Below, one piece after another: positions 27,757 through 40,783 of a stretch of DNA of 64,000 bases. The stretch is from Yuukianura sp. NJ FZ-2021 (taxonomy: Eukaryota). Where the stretch lies: positions 9,176,001 to 9,240,000 of the forward strand of contig CM102283.1 of NCBI GenBank assembly GCA_046563655.1, in the 5' to 3' direction. How positions within the stretch are numbered: position 1 is the first letter of the stretch; each line of letters opens with the position of its first letter. Both the position numbers and the translations under genes were made by a program. The notes below the pieces were generated by a model, which was given only the letters and a program-made list of their open reading frames with translations, was not told the DNA's origin and did not search any database.

Positions 27757-29805
27757 ATGCGTTCCCAGAGTTCGGATTATATCGACAACTACTCCGGGTC
27801 AACAGCTCTGCATTTCCTATGTGATATTACATCCCTCCAAATGGACATGGTATGCTAAAGCTCTTTCAAAAAAACTGTTTTGGGTTTTTTGAAATTATGA
27901 AAATTTTGAATTTCAGGTGAATTTTGTGTTCTGTCAACTTGTTGCACTTGGTCTGAGCTACTTCATGAGAAAAAGAGTTAGAAATGCCGAAGTTCGGCTT
28001 TGGTATACTCTTGTGTGCGGAATTGCAATTTGTACATTTTGTTACGGAGCACAAATCTTGCACATTATTATCTCAGGAGCAATCTGCTACTTAATTATGA
28101 ACTCTACACAGTCTAAAGTCATGCCCTGGTAAGTTAAAAATTATGTTGGTTTTTGGAATTGTGGATTTTTTAAATGTAATTTTCAAGCAAAAATGAAAAT
28201 TTTGAATTCATTTTTCAGGTTAGTTTTCGCGGCATCGATGGGCTACTTAACATTTTTGCACATCAAAAGACAGTTCTTTGACCACACGCTTTACGCCATT
28301 GACATCACAGGTCAGTGACCTGGGCAAAATTTAAATTCAAGTTACAAAATTTGAAATAATTTTTTCGAAATTTTGAAAAGGTCCGTTCATGGTGTTGACT
28401 CAAAAACTGACTGCTTTGGCGTTTGCAAGGCAAGATGGAGTGAGTGACGAGAAAAAAGATGGCGAGTTGACTCCGCTCCAGAAACAGCGCCTTGTAAGCG
28501 AAATTCCAAGTCCACTCGTGTTCTGCAGCTTTGTGTTTCAGTTTCAGTCAATGCTAGGTAAGTTTACCTGGAACTGTTTGAAAAAGAGTTTCATAATTTT
28601 GAAAACTTTTGAAAAATCTTTTTTTGAACTTTTTTTTTTGAAGCTGGACCACTTGTATTCTACGACGATTATACAGAGTTCATCTACGATCCAGTGCAAG
28701 AAAGAGAGTCGAGTCCAGCAGTCGATGTGACTGTGAAGTTATTCAAAAGCATTTTCTTTGCAATGGTTTTCTTGGGATTGGGATCAGCATTGGATGTCCA
28801 GCGACTCAGAAGTAAGCATTTTCTTAAATGTTTGGACTAATTAATTGTGTCATTCTTAATTAATTCATTGATTAATTGGAGTTTAGGTGCTGAATTCCTG
28901 GAGCAAAATTCGGCAGCTTACCTGATGGTGTACATTCTACTTTCTACTTCAGTAGAACGATGCAAATACTACCATGCTTGGCTTCTGGCCGATGGAGTTT
29001 GCAATTTGAGCGGGTATGTTGTAGATTCGGATACGATTTTTCGAAATTCTAAGTTTTTGAAAGTTCTTTCATAATTTTGATACTTTAGGTTGGGGTATGA
29101 TAGAAGCAAGAAGACGTGGGATAAAGTGTCCAACGTTCATCCGTTCCGACTGGAGAAAAGTTTGAACTTGAAGGAACTGCTGGATAACTGGAACATTCAA
29201 ACTATGAAGTGGCTTAGATTTACGATTTACGAAAGAGCTCCAGTCAACTTGAGAACTAACTTGGTTTATGTAAGTACATTTTTTCTTCAGATTTTGAAAG
29301 AAAAAGTCAATTTTTTAAAAAATTGATTTCGTTTCAGATCACAAGTGCGTTTTGGCATGGATTTTTGCCTGGCTACTACATCACTTTCACAGGAGGAGCT
29401 TTGTTCACCGCTGCAGGACGAAGTGTGCGAAAATACTTGCGACCATACTTTCTAGAAAACAATATTTTGAAAGTATTCTACGATGCTTTGACACTCACAG
29501 TCACTCGGTTCCTCCTGGCCTACGTTACGTTTTCATTTGTCCTCGGAGACTTCTATCCCAGCATCGCAGTTTTTGTCAGAATCTACTTCTTCATGCACAT
29601 CATTGGAGTTTTATGCATTTACTTACTTCCGTTCATTGGGAAGAAATCACGACGCAGCACTGATGCTGCAGAAGCATCCAAAAGTACAAGGTCAAATGGC
29701 GTCCATCAAAATGGGATCCAAACAGCAGCAGACAAGGAACTCAAAACGCTTGGGGGGAATTTAAACGATGGTGGCGCTGGAACCGCCAAACTGAAAACCG
29801 GTTAA
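27757..29805 (+). CDS. MBOAT1/2-type lysophospholipid acyltransferase (oysgedart-like), multi-exon
   Basis: YSGSTALHFL...VNFVFCQLVAL, DITGPFMVLTQKLT, KYYHAWLLAD, WNIQTMKWLR, SAFWHGFLPGYY (catalytic His). Confidence 0.9.
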
Positions 29806-31313
29806 GTAAAGTTAAAAGTCAAAGTACCTTAGATTTTATAGTTGAAGTTTAGAGTTACTCTTGAGCTCTGTCGTTCAAAACATTTCCTTAACTAAACTGA
29901 ATCAATCAACTTTGATAATCGAATCTTCCATTCCAAGAGGTCAAAAACTCAATTCTCAACTAACATTATTTTTCAATTAACTAATTGAATGTAAAGTCAA
30001 ATTGTAACATAAGGGGAATGGGAACAACAGTGTTAAATCACAAAAGTTGAAAATCAGGAAGGAAACTATGGGGGGAGGAATTTGACTGATCGAGTGAAAT
30101 ACTTACCTTAAATACAAATTGAAATAACGTAATTTGTTACTATACTTATAATTATTAAGATTATTGTAATTAATAGGATTAGTGACTGCAATTAGTAATC
30201 ACAATTATTACAAATTAGAGTTGTTGATATTAGCCTTTAGTATAACTTTATTAGGTTAAAGTCAACAGCTGCTTGCCAAGCTAACTCCTGAACCAATCCA
30301 GCTAACAAATGTATTTTTTAAAATTAACTATGCTTTTGATTCTGGTTGTGCAGCTAAACTAATGGATCCGATTAATTGTTAAACCATAAAATTTACCAGA
30401 ATAGTAACTTGTGATTGATTTGTGTTTTCTAACAAACCCTGTGATTTGCAATGTAAGAAATATTTAACTCCAAAAAAAATTATTCTCTCTATTGAAATCT
30501 ATTATCGCAAAATTGTCTAATGAAATCTATCACCACAAAGTTTAATGGAATCTATCATCACAAAATTGTCTAATTTGAATTAATAAATTTCATCGTGTTG
30601 AGAATTTCCCAAAATTACAAAACATTTGCTATTAGTATGAGGAGCATAGCGAGTGTTTTGCAAATTGCAAATTTTCGACCTTGGTTATAATAACTTTGCC
30701 GAGATCAGAAAATTTGCGTGTCAATTACCTCCATACGTAAGTTGAGGTGTTAATTATCCTAAAATGGTAATCGGAACGTCAAGCCCTGAGGGCATGCTAG
30801 GTTGAATTGTGGATTAGGAATTAAAAGTCCTGCAGTTGATTTCCTGGAAGATCAAGTACTTATCTTTGTTAGTATCAATTGACTCATGTATTGTTCCTTG
30901 TTTGTCATCATGAACCTCAGAAGATGAGGTCAACTTTATGTTTTTTCACGTACTTTTGGCAATCACTGTACTTTTTCTGGATTGAATACAAAGAGGGCCA
31001 GCATATGAGTCAGAGATGAGAATACCTTGGACGAGTAGAGAGGCGGAATTTAGCACATCTCTCAAAGGTTAGTGTGAAAGTGATATCTTGTGTGACTTTT
31101 CTGGAAGTTTTCCTGGATAATTGATTGATTAATCATGTGTTCACTAATCTAATCTCTCTACTACATATGACGCTGTTCCAATAATTGTTTTGTGCGGGGG
31201 TGTTTCCTGGAAAAATCTTCTTGTTCCTGTTCTAACTGTACCCAGTTTCTACATTTCTTAAATTTTCAAGTCAATCAGCTGGAGGGACATCAATCTAAGT
31301 TACTCAATTAGCA

Positions 31314-34300
31314 ATGGCTAAAGACAAGGTCAAAGTGGGCATTAGGATACGACCGTTGAACAGTCGAGAGAAAACGTTACTGGGATCCAGTAGTGGAGGC
31401 AGTAATGGGTCACTAACTACTCAAGTGTCAAGTACAGCTAAAAATCAAATCATTCTCCAAGCACCGCCTAGTACCACCACTACAAATAATAATAATAACA
31501 ACAATAATAACAATAATAGCAATACTAGTAAGAAACCATTTACGTTTGACTACGTCTTTGACCCGGCGACGACGCAAGAAGACGTTTTCAAGCCTTTGGG
31601 AGAGGACCTCCTTAGCAGTGCTTTCAACGCCTACAACTCTACGCTCTTTGCTTATGGACAAACTGGCAGTGGGAAATCCTACACGATGATTGGAGGTAGC
31701 AGAGAACAGAGGTAAATCAATTAATGAACTAATTGAATCATTTAGTAGAACAAATGCTAATTTTTTGTTCCTTTTTGTTCCAGGGGCGTGATTCCTAGAC
31801 TATGTGACGAATTATTTAGGCGGATAGCGGACAAAAGTTCTTCTGAAGCAACAGTATTCAAGGTGGAAGTATCCTTTTTTGAAATTTATAATGAACATGT
31901 CGTTGACCTCCTTGCAACTAACAAGTCTACACTAAAAGTGCGGGAACATTCTATACTTGGTCCTTATGTTGAGGGACTGTCGCAGTTATTGGTCAACTCT
32001 GCGGATGAAATCAACAATCTAATGGCAGAAGGAAACAAATCCAGAACCGTAGCAGCTACAAATATGAACTCAGAGTCTTCTAGATCTCATGCCGTGTTTA
32101 CCATCATCTTGACCCAGACTGTCAGCAACACTAGTGGAATCACAGGAGAGAAGGCCAGTAGAATGTGCTTAGTAGATTTAGCTGGATCTGAAAGGCAGCA
32201 GAAGACGGGTGCAGTGGGATCAAGACTAAAAGAAGGCAGCAACATCAACAAATCTCTGACAACTCTTGGGCTTGTAATAAGCAAGTTGGCGGACAACGCT
32301 AATTCGTTTATACCTTATCGTGATTCTATTCTAACTTGGATTCTGAAAGACTCTTTGGGCGGCAACTCCAAAACGATGATGATCGGAACCATTTCGCCAT
32401 CTCCGGACAACTACGAAGAGACTCTGTCAACACTTCGATATGCTGATCGGTAAGTACTGGAATACTGCCAGTATTAACGAATAGTGAAGTCTGGCTAATC
32501 CGAATGTTTGTTTTTCAGCGCCAAGAGAATAGTCAACAACGCCGTGATTAACGAAGATCCTAACGCCAAGATAATCCGCGAACTGCAGGAGGAAGTGAAA
32601 CATTTACGGGAACTTTTGAAGAGCCAGGCAGCAGATATGCAACTAAATGAACAGCTCAATCAAGTACGAAAAATTGTCACTATTTTAACACGACAAGTAT
32701 TATACTAAATTTTTTTTTCCATTTTAGAGTGAAAAGTTGATGCGGCAAGTTTCAGAGGTAAGTTTTCTCAACAAAGTGCTCTTTTAAAAACGCCATACTT
32801 CAATTTGTTGTTTTTTTAGACTTGGGAAGAGAAACTTGTCCGATCAGAACAAGCTCAACAGGAACGTCAAGCAGCTTTGGAGAAAATGGGAATTTCGGTG
32901 CAGCAGTCTGGAATTTCAGTAAGTTTTGAAGTTTAGCGAGATGCTGGAAGCTGGATGTTAAAATGTTCTAGTTTTTTTATGTTTCTGTTTAGGTCGAGAA
33001 AGATCGTTTCTACCTAGTCAATCTAAACGCCGATCCAGCTCTGAACGAACTACTGGTTTACTATTTAAAGGAAGATCGAACTGTCGTCGGTCGTTCAGAT
33101 ACTGCCGACGGGACACCAGCCGACATCCAGCTAACCGGGCTTGGAATTGAGGCGAATCATTGTGAGCTTATCGTCAATCCAGATCAAACTCTCTATCTAA
33201 TTCCATATCCAAAGGCCCGTACTCACGTCAATGGAGAAAGAGTCAAGAACTCTCAAATTCTTAAAAACGGTGATCGAATTCTACTGGGAAATCATCATTT
33301 CTTTCGCCTAAATTGTCCTAAACCACACACAAGTAACACAAACAGTGGAGCCACAACAAACGGACCCACTACTACTCCGTCCAATGACTCTTCTTCTACC
33401 ACGGCTAATACTGCAGGTAAGACACAACTTTACACATTAGTTTTGATTACAAAAGTAAAATTCAGAGCAAACTTCAAAAAACTTCCAAAATAAGCAGAAG
33501 AACAGGAGAAAGTGACTTTCAACTTTAACCATTTCCACAAAATTGTAACTTTTCCCATTACTACACGCTAGGAATCAGTTGTAGTACGCAGATTTTTTAA
33601 AAGACACTGTTTTCTCTTGCTCCTCTGAGGAAAATGAATGTTGCTTTAGAAAAATACATTTTAGAAAACACTTTCAAAACAAAAAGTTTACATTTTTTAA
33701 TTTTTTTTTAGATGAACCAAGCTTCACTGAGGGCTCAAGCAGTTATGAACAGGCGTCGGCAGAATTTATGATGAAACAGTTAATTCAAAGTGATCCGATC
33801 CATGAAGCAGTTTCCAAACTGGAATCTAAGCATAAAAAGGTACGTGTTCAAAAACTTGAAGTTCAGGTAGTGAAATAATCGTTTTGGAAAACTTTTCAAA
33901 ATTTTTGGTTTTTTTCAGGATAAGGAAGTTGCTTTGGAAAAGCAGCGTTTGGAATTTGAGCGACAGTTGAACGCGATGATACATGTTTTAAGTCCATCAG
34001 CTACTCCGACAGTACCATGGGATGCTCACATGTACTTTCAGCAGCAACAACAGCAAAACTTGTCTGTCAGTGTGCAGAACGTGGCTGTTCGAAATTCAAA
34101 AATTGCTGAAGGGTTGAAGATTTTGAAAGATTATCTTTTGAAAGCAAACCAGATTGTGAGAGAAGCAAATGAAATTGCACAGGAGATGAAGGTTCCTGTG
34201 AAGTACACGGTTGTAAGTAACCTCGGATTATTCAAAAAACGAACTTTTTTGGAATTTGTGTTTTTAAGTTGAAATTCATTTTTTGTTTCTTTTAGATTTT

Positions 34301-37287
34301 GCTTATTCCACCGAACAATCTGACACCAAATAGAGCAAAAGGCTTGTTACTAACAGAACCTTCGATTCGAGTTGAACAGTCTGGGCAGAATCCACAAGTT
34401 TGGTCCATGGAGAAACTGGAGAATCGCCTTATCGAGATGCGTGAACTGTACGATGACTACATGAGTTCCGAGAGTCTACATGAAGTTAAAGTGCGGAATC
34501 CGCTAAGCGAAGGTGTCCCGGCAGCATTTTTTGAGCCAGACGTGCCTCACTCTTTGGTTGGAATCGCCAACGTCTTTTTACAGGTAAGCAGTGAATGTAC
34601 TGCCAGTACATAGAAAGTTTTCGGAAGCTTTTGGCAGTTTTTGACTCAGTACTTCTTGTATTTCAGGTTCTTTTTTATGACGATGTTGTTCTCAAATATC
34701 CTGTCCCAGTAGTGAACCAGCATGGAGAAGTAGTTGGGAAATTGCATGTAGAGCTAGCAAAAGTTTCAACTGGAACGCTGGAGACTTCTAAGATTCAATC
34801 AAGATCTAATCACGACAGTTCACTTTATGAAGAGTACGAAGACGATGATGACGAAGAAGAAGAGACTGGACCGAGAACAATCACGATCAAAGTGACTATT
34901 AGGCATTTGGCAGGAGTCAAATCAAGCGACTATATTTTTTGCCAGTAAGTTTCCAGCAAAACGTACTGAAATCGTTTTTTTAACTTTTTGTAAACGTTTT
35001 CATTTCGATTTTAGGTACGTCTTTTTTGATCAACACATCGTTTGTGCTCCCACTACAACAACATCAGTTGTGAGGTTTGACCATACCAAGTACATCACCG
35101 TTCCAGTTTCTGATGAGTTCATAGACTACTGCACCGACTCTGCCTTGTCCATTGAAGTTTGGGGTCACCGTACCAATGCCAATGGAAATCCAAGTTTGCA
35201 ACATCAATCGTCTACAGAAGTTTCGAATCAGTTTAATGGCAGCTCAACCGCCAATAGTTGGAAAGAAGTGACGTCTCAGATGAAAATCATGGTGGAAATC
35301 CAGGAACTAAATGAAAACGGTGATTATGTGGCCGTGGATGTGGAGAATGAGGGTGACATGGTCAATGGAACTGGAGGTGTCCATCAACTACGTCAAGGAC
35401 TGCAAAGGAGAATCTTAGTTTCCGTGGAAACGAGTGCAAATGCTGGACAACTGCCGATTGTGACTGAAGAAATTGACCAAGTTTCACTTGGCGCCATTTC
35501 AGTTCGATCTACGAGAATGATGAAGCCGTTGGATTCTTATCAGTCGACTGACTTGTCTGTCCTGAGAGAAAGGTAAATTTCAAAATTTCAAAATTCTTGA
35601 TTTTGAAAAGGTTTTGACTTTTTTTTTGTGACATTTTTTTGAAAGATGGGGAGAAGCTTTAAGGAGAAGACGTGATTACTTGGATAGGCATCTTCAGGAA
35701 TTGGTCAACAAACAGAATAAGAGCGAAGAAGAGCAAGCGAGAGAGACGGAACTGGTGAACGAATGGTTGAAATTGACTGACGAGCGAAATGCTGTTCTTG
35801 TACCCGTCCCGGATTCTGGAGTTCCAGGTGCTCCGCCTGGACCAGGCTTCAAGCCAGAGCTGGGCATGGAAGAGCACATGCCTGTTCTGTTTCTGGACAT
35901 TTCAGAAGAAATTTTATCAGCGGATTCCAGTCCACATTCTCCGCCGGTCGCTACACATACGGCTGGTTTGAACAATTTTCTTTCAAAAGAACTCGACGCA
36001 CACTTCGTAGCTCTTCCGATGATTCGTAAATCTTGTGGTGATTTTTACTCAACATGGAGTGATCAAAGGTGAATTTTATGTTATGAAAAAAAATGTTCAA
36101 AATTTTGAATTTTTTGAAAATGTTGTTTATGTTTTTTAGAACGTCAAATGACAGTTGGGCCTTGGTGTCTTGGGACAGTTCTGTCCATGACTGTCCTCAA
36201 CTGAACAAACCAACTCCAGCAGGAGAAGTGATTTACATGATTCTTAGAATAGCCGTCAGACTGTCCCATCCTGTCCAAATGGATTGCGTCCTAAGGAAGA
36301 GGATTTGTCTATTCGTGAGAAAAAGTAGGCCGAACATTGCCGAACGTCTCCGGATGAAATTTAGTCTGCGCAAGACCGAAGATACGAAACAAGTTCGATC
36401 TGGAGTGACGTACCAAATTGTTTCACACTTACCGAAAGCCTCAGAACAGCTTGAGACGCGGGAGAACTTGGCCAGTCTGGCCATTACTCATGGAGAGGCT
36501 TACATTGGTAAGGTTTAAAAAAAAAGTCAAATTGAAAGTTACAAAATCTTAAAAACAGTTAAATTAAAAAACATTTTTGCAGAGGAGTATATCCGATCCA
36601 TCTCTGCTGTGGAATCAATACTGAATCTGGACAGAATGCGGCAGTCAGTACACATTCGTGATGAACAAATGAGAGTCCGGAATCGTCAAACACTCCGAGT
36701 CCAGCAGCATGATTCGTCAAACTCATCTTTGTCCGTGGGCAGCATCATGAGAAAGACACTCTCCGTCCCAAATATTTCTCAACTGCATAACTTCCTCCAA
36801 CCAGCATCTTCTTCCACTAACAAAGCGATTCAAGAAACAGGAAATTGGCGTCCCATAACCAAACCTAATCAATTGGATGTCACTTTTTCCGGAAATCGAT
36901 TTGTTGGTGGCCCGGCGGATGGGATTTCGGCTGGATTTAATCGCCGCCTGCGCTCAGAAAGTTTAGCAAACTTGTCAGGATTCACAAGTCCATTGGCTCC
37001 TGCTGGCTCACATGCTGTCACGTGGAATGATGCTCAGAGTCCACATCAACCTAGACCCAGTTCTCTGATCTTAGGTAAGTATAAACGTATTTACATATTA
37101 TATTATAAATATTTATTATATTATATAACATAATATTATATTATTCATAGAGCATCAAGTAATCACCAGTCCGAACAATACAACTCCGCATGGAAAGTGG
37201 ACAAGTTTAATGACGACAGTTGTAGAAGAAGAGAGTAGTGGATATGGTAGTCAGCGATCAGAAGATTCTCCAACAGCGACGGGTTAG
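31314..37287 (+). CDS. KIF13: Kinesin-3 motor KIF13/Khc-73-like, multi-exon
   Basis: [19 protein letters not shown] motor motifs; [17 protein letters not shown] plus FHA exon; KIF13 stalk ([23 protein letters not shown]); last exon 37151-37287. Confidence 0.92.
31485..31522 (+). repeat. AAT/AAC trinucleotide run encoding poly-Asn in a kinesin motor loop
   Basis: aataataataataacaacaataataacaat; [16 protein letters not shown]. Confidence 0.9.
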
Positions 37288-38039
37288 ATTCAAAATCTCA
37301 AGTTTAGCAGCGTAAGCAGAAGTTTTATGCAGCTCAAGCGCAAGTTTTAGTTTTCTTTTTACTTTTTATGGTAATAGTAGCGTCCATGTCCAATTGTGTC
37401 CAAGGTACTAGCTGCAGCTTAACATTTTAATAAGTTTTAGTCTCGCACAGAATGTCGACAGTATTTTTTAGTAACACCAAGAAACTTGTCTTACTGTGGC
37501 AGTTATCAAGTTAGTTAACATTTAAGTTAGTAGTTTAGTTGACACGCTTAAGTTTAGAACGTGGGTGATAACATTTTTAATATTGATTGCATGAATTCCT
37601 TTCAGTAGGTAATTTTTTTTTAGAGGTCAAAGGTCATAGAGGTCAACAAACACTAAAATCCAAGAGCTTTCGACGACAGTGCATACAAATGCAAGAAAAC
37701 GCTTTAGAGTCACATCTAAAAACCTTGTCCCAGCTTAATAAGAGGTTAAGCAAATTTGGAAATTTAAAAAAAAAAAGAGCTCGGGCATGACAAAAAATTA
37801 ACGTAGACAATGGAAAACATTCTCCGTCAAAAAATCTTCCGTTTACTAACAACTACAACCTTAACAATTTTGTAGAAAGTTTTAACTTTTTTTCTTACTT
37901 TTGAGAGTTGTGCTCACGTAACAATTGAAAATGAAACATTCCAACAAAAACGTTTTTAAATTTTTATTTCAAACAGAAAACAGTCATAAAGCGTTCTTTA
38001 AAGTAAAGAAATTAATTTTTAACAATATTTTATTTTTTA

Positions 38040-38382
38040 TTCTAAGTTCAAATTTTTTTTGAAGTGTGATGATGGTTGTGCCACAATTTATTTCAAAATG
38101 GTGCAGAGGACAAATGGGAAAAAGTAATATTTATATCTTGATTTTAACAAAAAATTCTGTTCAGTCTTTTAGTTTTTAAATTGTACTTGTTTTAAGAAAT
38201 CTCGACAAAATACAAATATAGACAAAAAGTTAATAAATCAAATTGTTCCTACTGGATGCCATATTCCAAAGGAGCAAATAAGCAACAGGAAAGGAAATCC
38301 AACGCTTTTCTTAAGCTAGAACCTGCTTTCAATTGGGTAAGTTTTTAAATCAGTTCAATTAATTAATTAGTCTTGAATTAAG
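38040..38382 (-). repeat. Duplicated copy of the Ars2 3' UTR/3' flank lacking the TE insertions
   Basis: taataaatcaaattgttcctactggatgccata (38231) matches ~45648; atttatttcaaaatggtgcagag (38086) matches 41446; gttcagtctttttagttttta resembles 42606. Confidence 0.85.
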
Positions 38383-38542
38383 CACCTCCAATGCAACATC
38401 AATATCATGATTTCATCTTAAACACATAGATTGACAGTTTGTGGCAACAATTATCCGGCTGGGACGTAAAACCACGACTTTCGTATTTACTAAAAATTTT
38501 GACGCGTTACCTCGGCAATTTTTAAAAATTTGGAAATGTTAA

Positions 38543-39867
38543 GGCTAGTTCACACAGCGGTACTGTCCGCCCCGTTTTTTTTTTTCGCGCCGCGCCATTT
38601 AGCGGATTTAATGAATTTACTGAAGGAAGGAAATTTACCGCTGTAAGAAAATTGTCCCCAGCATGTTCTAGAAGATTAAGGATAGTGACGAATGTGCGAG
38701 AGATTCAAAATATAAACTGAAATATGATAAAAAAAAGTTGAATAAAATTTTGAAAATGAAGTAGTGAAACTTTTTCAATTAAAGAACAATTGGATCAAGT
38801 TAAATCAAACATTAGAAACCACTAAATTGTAATTGCTTAATTTTCATTTTTGATGCAAAATTTTTTCTTTAGTATTTACCATACTGTAAACGCGAAAACA
38901 TTGTGTCTTCAAATAGGTTTATTTGATATTTCCATTGGATATGCAGTGGAAGAAACATACCTCTACTAGACGAGGAATAATACGAGGCATTAAAATTTAG
39001 CGCGAAATTCGAAGAAAAAATTGAAGGTCGAAGATCGAAATTCACAAAATGTTAATAAAGTTTTGTTCATCTTTGTTTAGATTAACGAATTTTTTGAAAC
39101 CGATGCTGCTTTTCTTTTGTACGTGTTATTTTTTTTTTTATGTTTTCAAGTAACTCATACTTTTTGCACGAAGCTCCTTTCGGATTCATTACGTCTAGGG
39201 GTTCCGTCGTGCGTTTCGTTTTCGTTTTTTCTAACAACGGAAACGGCACGGAATGTTAGGCCGCAACCCGGACACGGAAACGGTCATAAAACAGATAAAC
39301 GAAAACTGAACGAAAAAAACTGTTTGAAAACGGTAAAACGGTTGAATGCATAGCGAAATTTCAGAAATTTGGTTTCATGTTCTGCCTTTCAAAAATCCAC
39401 TTCGAAGCAGGTCAAAATTGTTTGAATGGACTATAATTCTAACGTATAATTTTAATTTCGCAAAAAATCAGTACGGGTTGTCGCAAGAATGGATATTTTT
39501 CCTAGGTTTTCGGCTTGCCGTGTTTTGATTTTCGTTTTCGTTTGGTTTTTTTGCCGAAAACGGAAACGAAGCAAAAGGTACCGTTTCAAAAAATTCAAAA
39601 AACTTTTCTGTTTTGTGTTTTACACGGAAACGGTGGCAGCCCCTGGATGTGCAGCCAATTCTAACTTTAGAGTGAAAACGGCGTTGGAGTGGCACTCGAC
39701 AATCCTTTTTTAGTCTAAAATCTTTTTTGTCAATCTTAAGCTATGCCAACCATAAACAATTATAATACAAGTTGTAGTTTGTCGTATGTAAAACGGCCCT
39801 CATTTGCTAATCGTATTTCAGCGGAAATTCGCGGAAAACGGTTTGTAAAAAAATGTGTGCACCGGCC
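38543..39867. mobile_element. Harbinger-like MITE nested in the previous element
   Basis: Ends ggctagttcacac / gtgtgcaccggcc, both flanked by ttaa. Confidence 0.55.
39196..39645. mobile_element. hAT-like MITE with many AAACGG/CCGTTT motifs
   Basis: Ends taggggttccgtcgt / acggtggcagcccctg; repeated aaacgg; no TSD recognised. Confidence 0.5.
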
Positions 39868-39959
39868 TTAAAATCACACAATTTTGGTGCAAATCGCCAG
39901 GGAAAATGCACCTTTTTCTGTAAACACGAAACTCGTGGTTTTACGTCCCAGCAGCCCAA

Positions 39960-40514
39960 TTATTGTGGTCGTTTGAACTTCTGCTTGTACTCGACATACT
40001 TCTTCACTGCATCCTTCATCGTAATGGAGTCATCTTGGTTTAACACAAAAGCCTTGAAGGACAGCGTAGCCGGTGGTCCAGGATTGCACATTTCGCTACA
40101 AAATGATACTTTTGTTACAAAAACGAAAGTTTGTGTCCACAACAGTAACAACTTCCACATACCGATGATGATGAGGCGGAAAGCATGCACTGTACGGTGG
40201 CGGGTGATCAAATCCGTATTCAGGAGATTCTGGGCCATAACCGTCACCATTCATACCACGATTCCAGTTACAATCGGACCTTCCATAAAAAGAAGTGTTA
40301 CAAATACATGACAGTTGGCAATGTATCAACTCAATGCTAACCGGTCATTGGAGTCAATCCCTTGTGGCGGAAGAGCTGACGTCGGCGGAGTCAAGGGGGT
40401 TGTATCGACAGCTGAATTTGAAATAGTAGTATCGGTAGTTGTGGAACAATTCGTTGTAATTGGTAGTCTCACTGGACTTCGGTCTACACTTGGGGTTTGT
40501 CGTTTCATCTTCAT
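39960..40514 (-). CDS. Diverged Ars2 N-terminal fragment gene (3 exons, ~141 aa), gene or recent pseudogene
   Basis: Exons 40342-40514, 40163-40279, 39960-40095 splice in frame at intron positions homologous to Ars2; GPPATLSFKAFVLNQDDSITMKDAVKKYVEYKQKFKRPQ* vs Ars2 [40 protein letters not shown]. Confidence 0.75.
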
Positions 40515-40783
40515 CACTGCGAAGCAAACCGAACAAAAAAAATGACACATCCAAACATAAAGCTGACTATGCTAAAATTGAACTCGTCATTAACAATACC
40601 TTCGAAACAGTGGCGACCCAACGTTGCAATTGATTGTAGTAGGCAAAGTTTTAAAAAGGAAGACAAGATGTTTAGAAATGTTAAGCCGCCCAGGAGCAGC
40701 GATTCCGTTACGACGAACACCAAAATTGATCCAATCAACCCAACCAAGAGTAGAGCAATATAGGTTTTGCGGTTCATCGCCAT
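40514..40783 (-). CDS. Small hydrophobic ORF (MAMNRKTYIALLLVGLIG...), probable membrane module linked to the Ars2-N fragment
   Basis: 89-aa ORF with hydrophobic stretches; its TGA overlaps the ATG of the Ars2-N ORF; similar to ORF 59399-59599. Confidence 0.5.
   Translation of the reverse strand: MAMNRKTYIALLLVGLIGSILVFVVTESLLLGGLTFLNILSSFLKLCLLQSIATLGRHCFEGIVNDEFNFSIVSFMFGCVIFFVRFASQ

Larger units (their letters stand above)
38455..39956. mobile_element. Non-autonomous TIR element containing nested insertions
   Basis: ~33-bp inverted ends gctgggacgtaaaaccacgactttcgtatttac / gtaaacacgaaactcgtggttttacgtcccagc; flanked by direct repeat caattat (38448-38454, 39957-39963). Confidence 0.75.

Noticed and set aside
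39196-39645. Repeated aaacgg motifs as a CRISPR-like array
   Set aside because: No constant repeat/spacer periodicity; eukaryotic context; fits MITE subterminal motifs.
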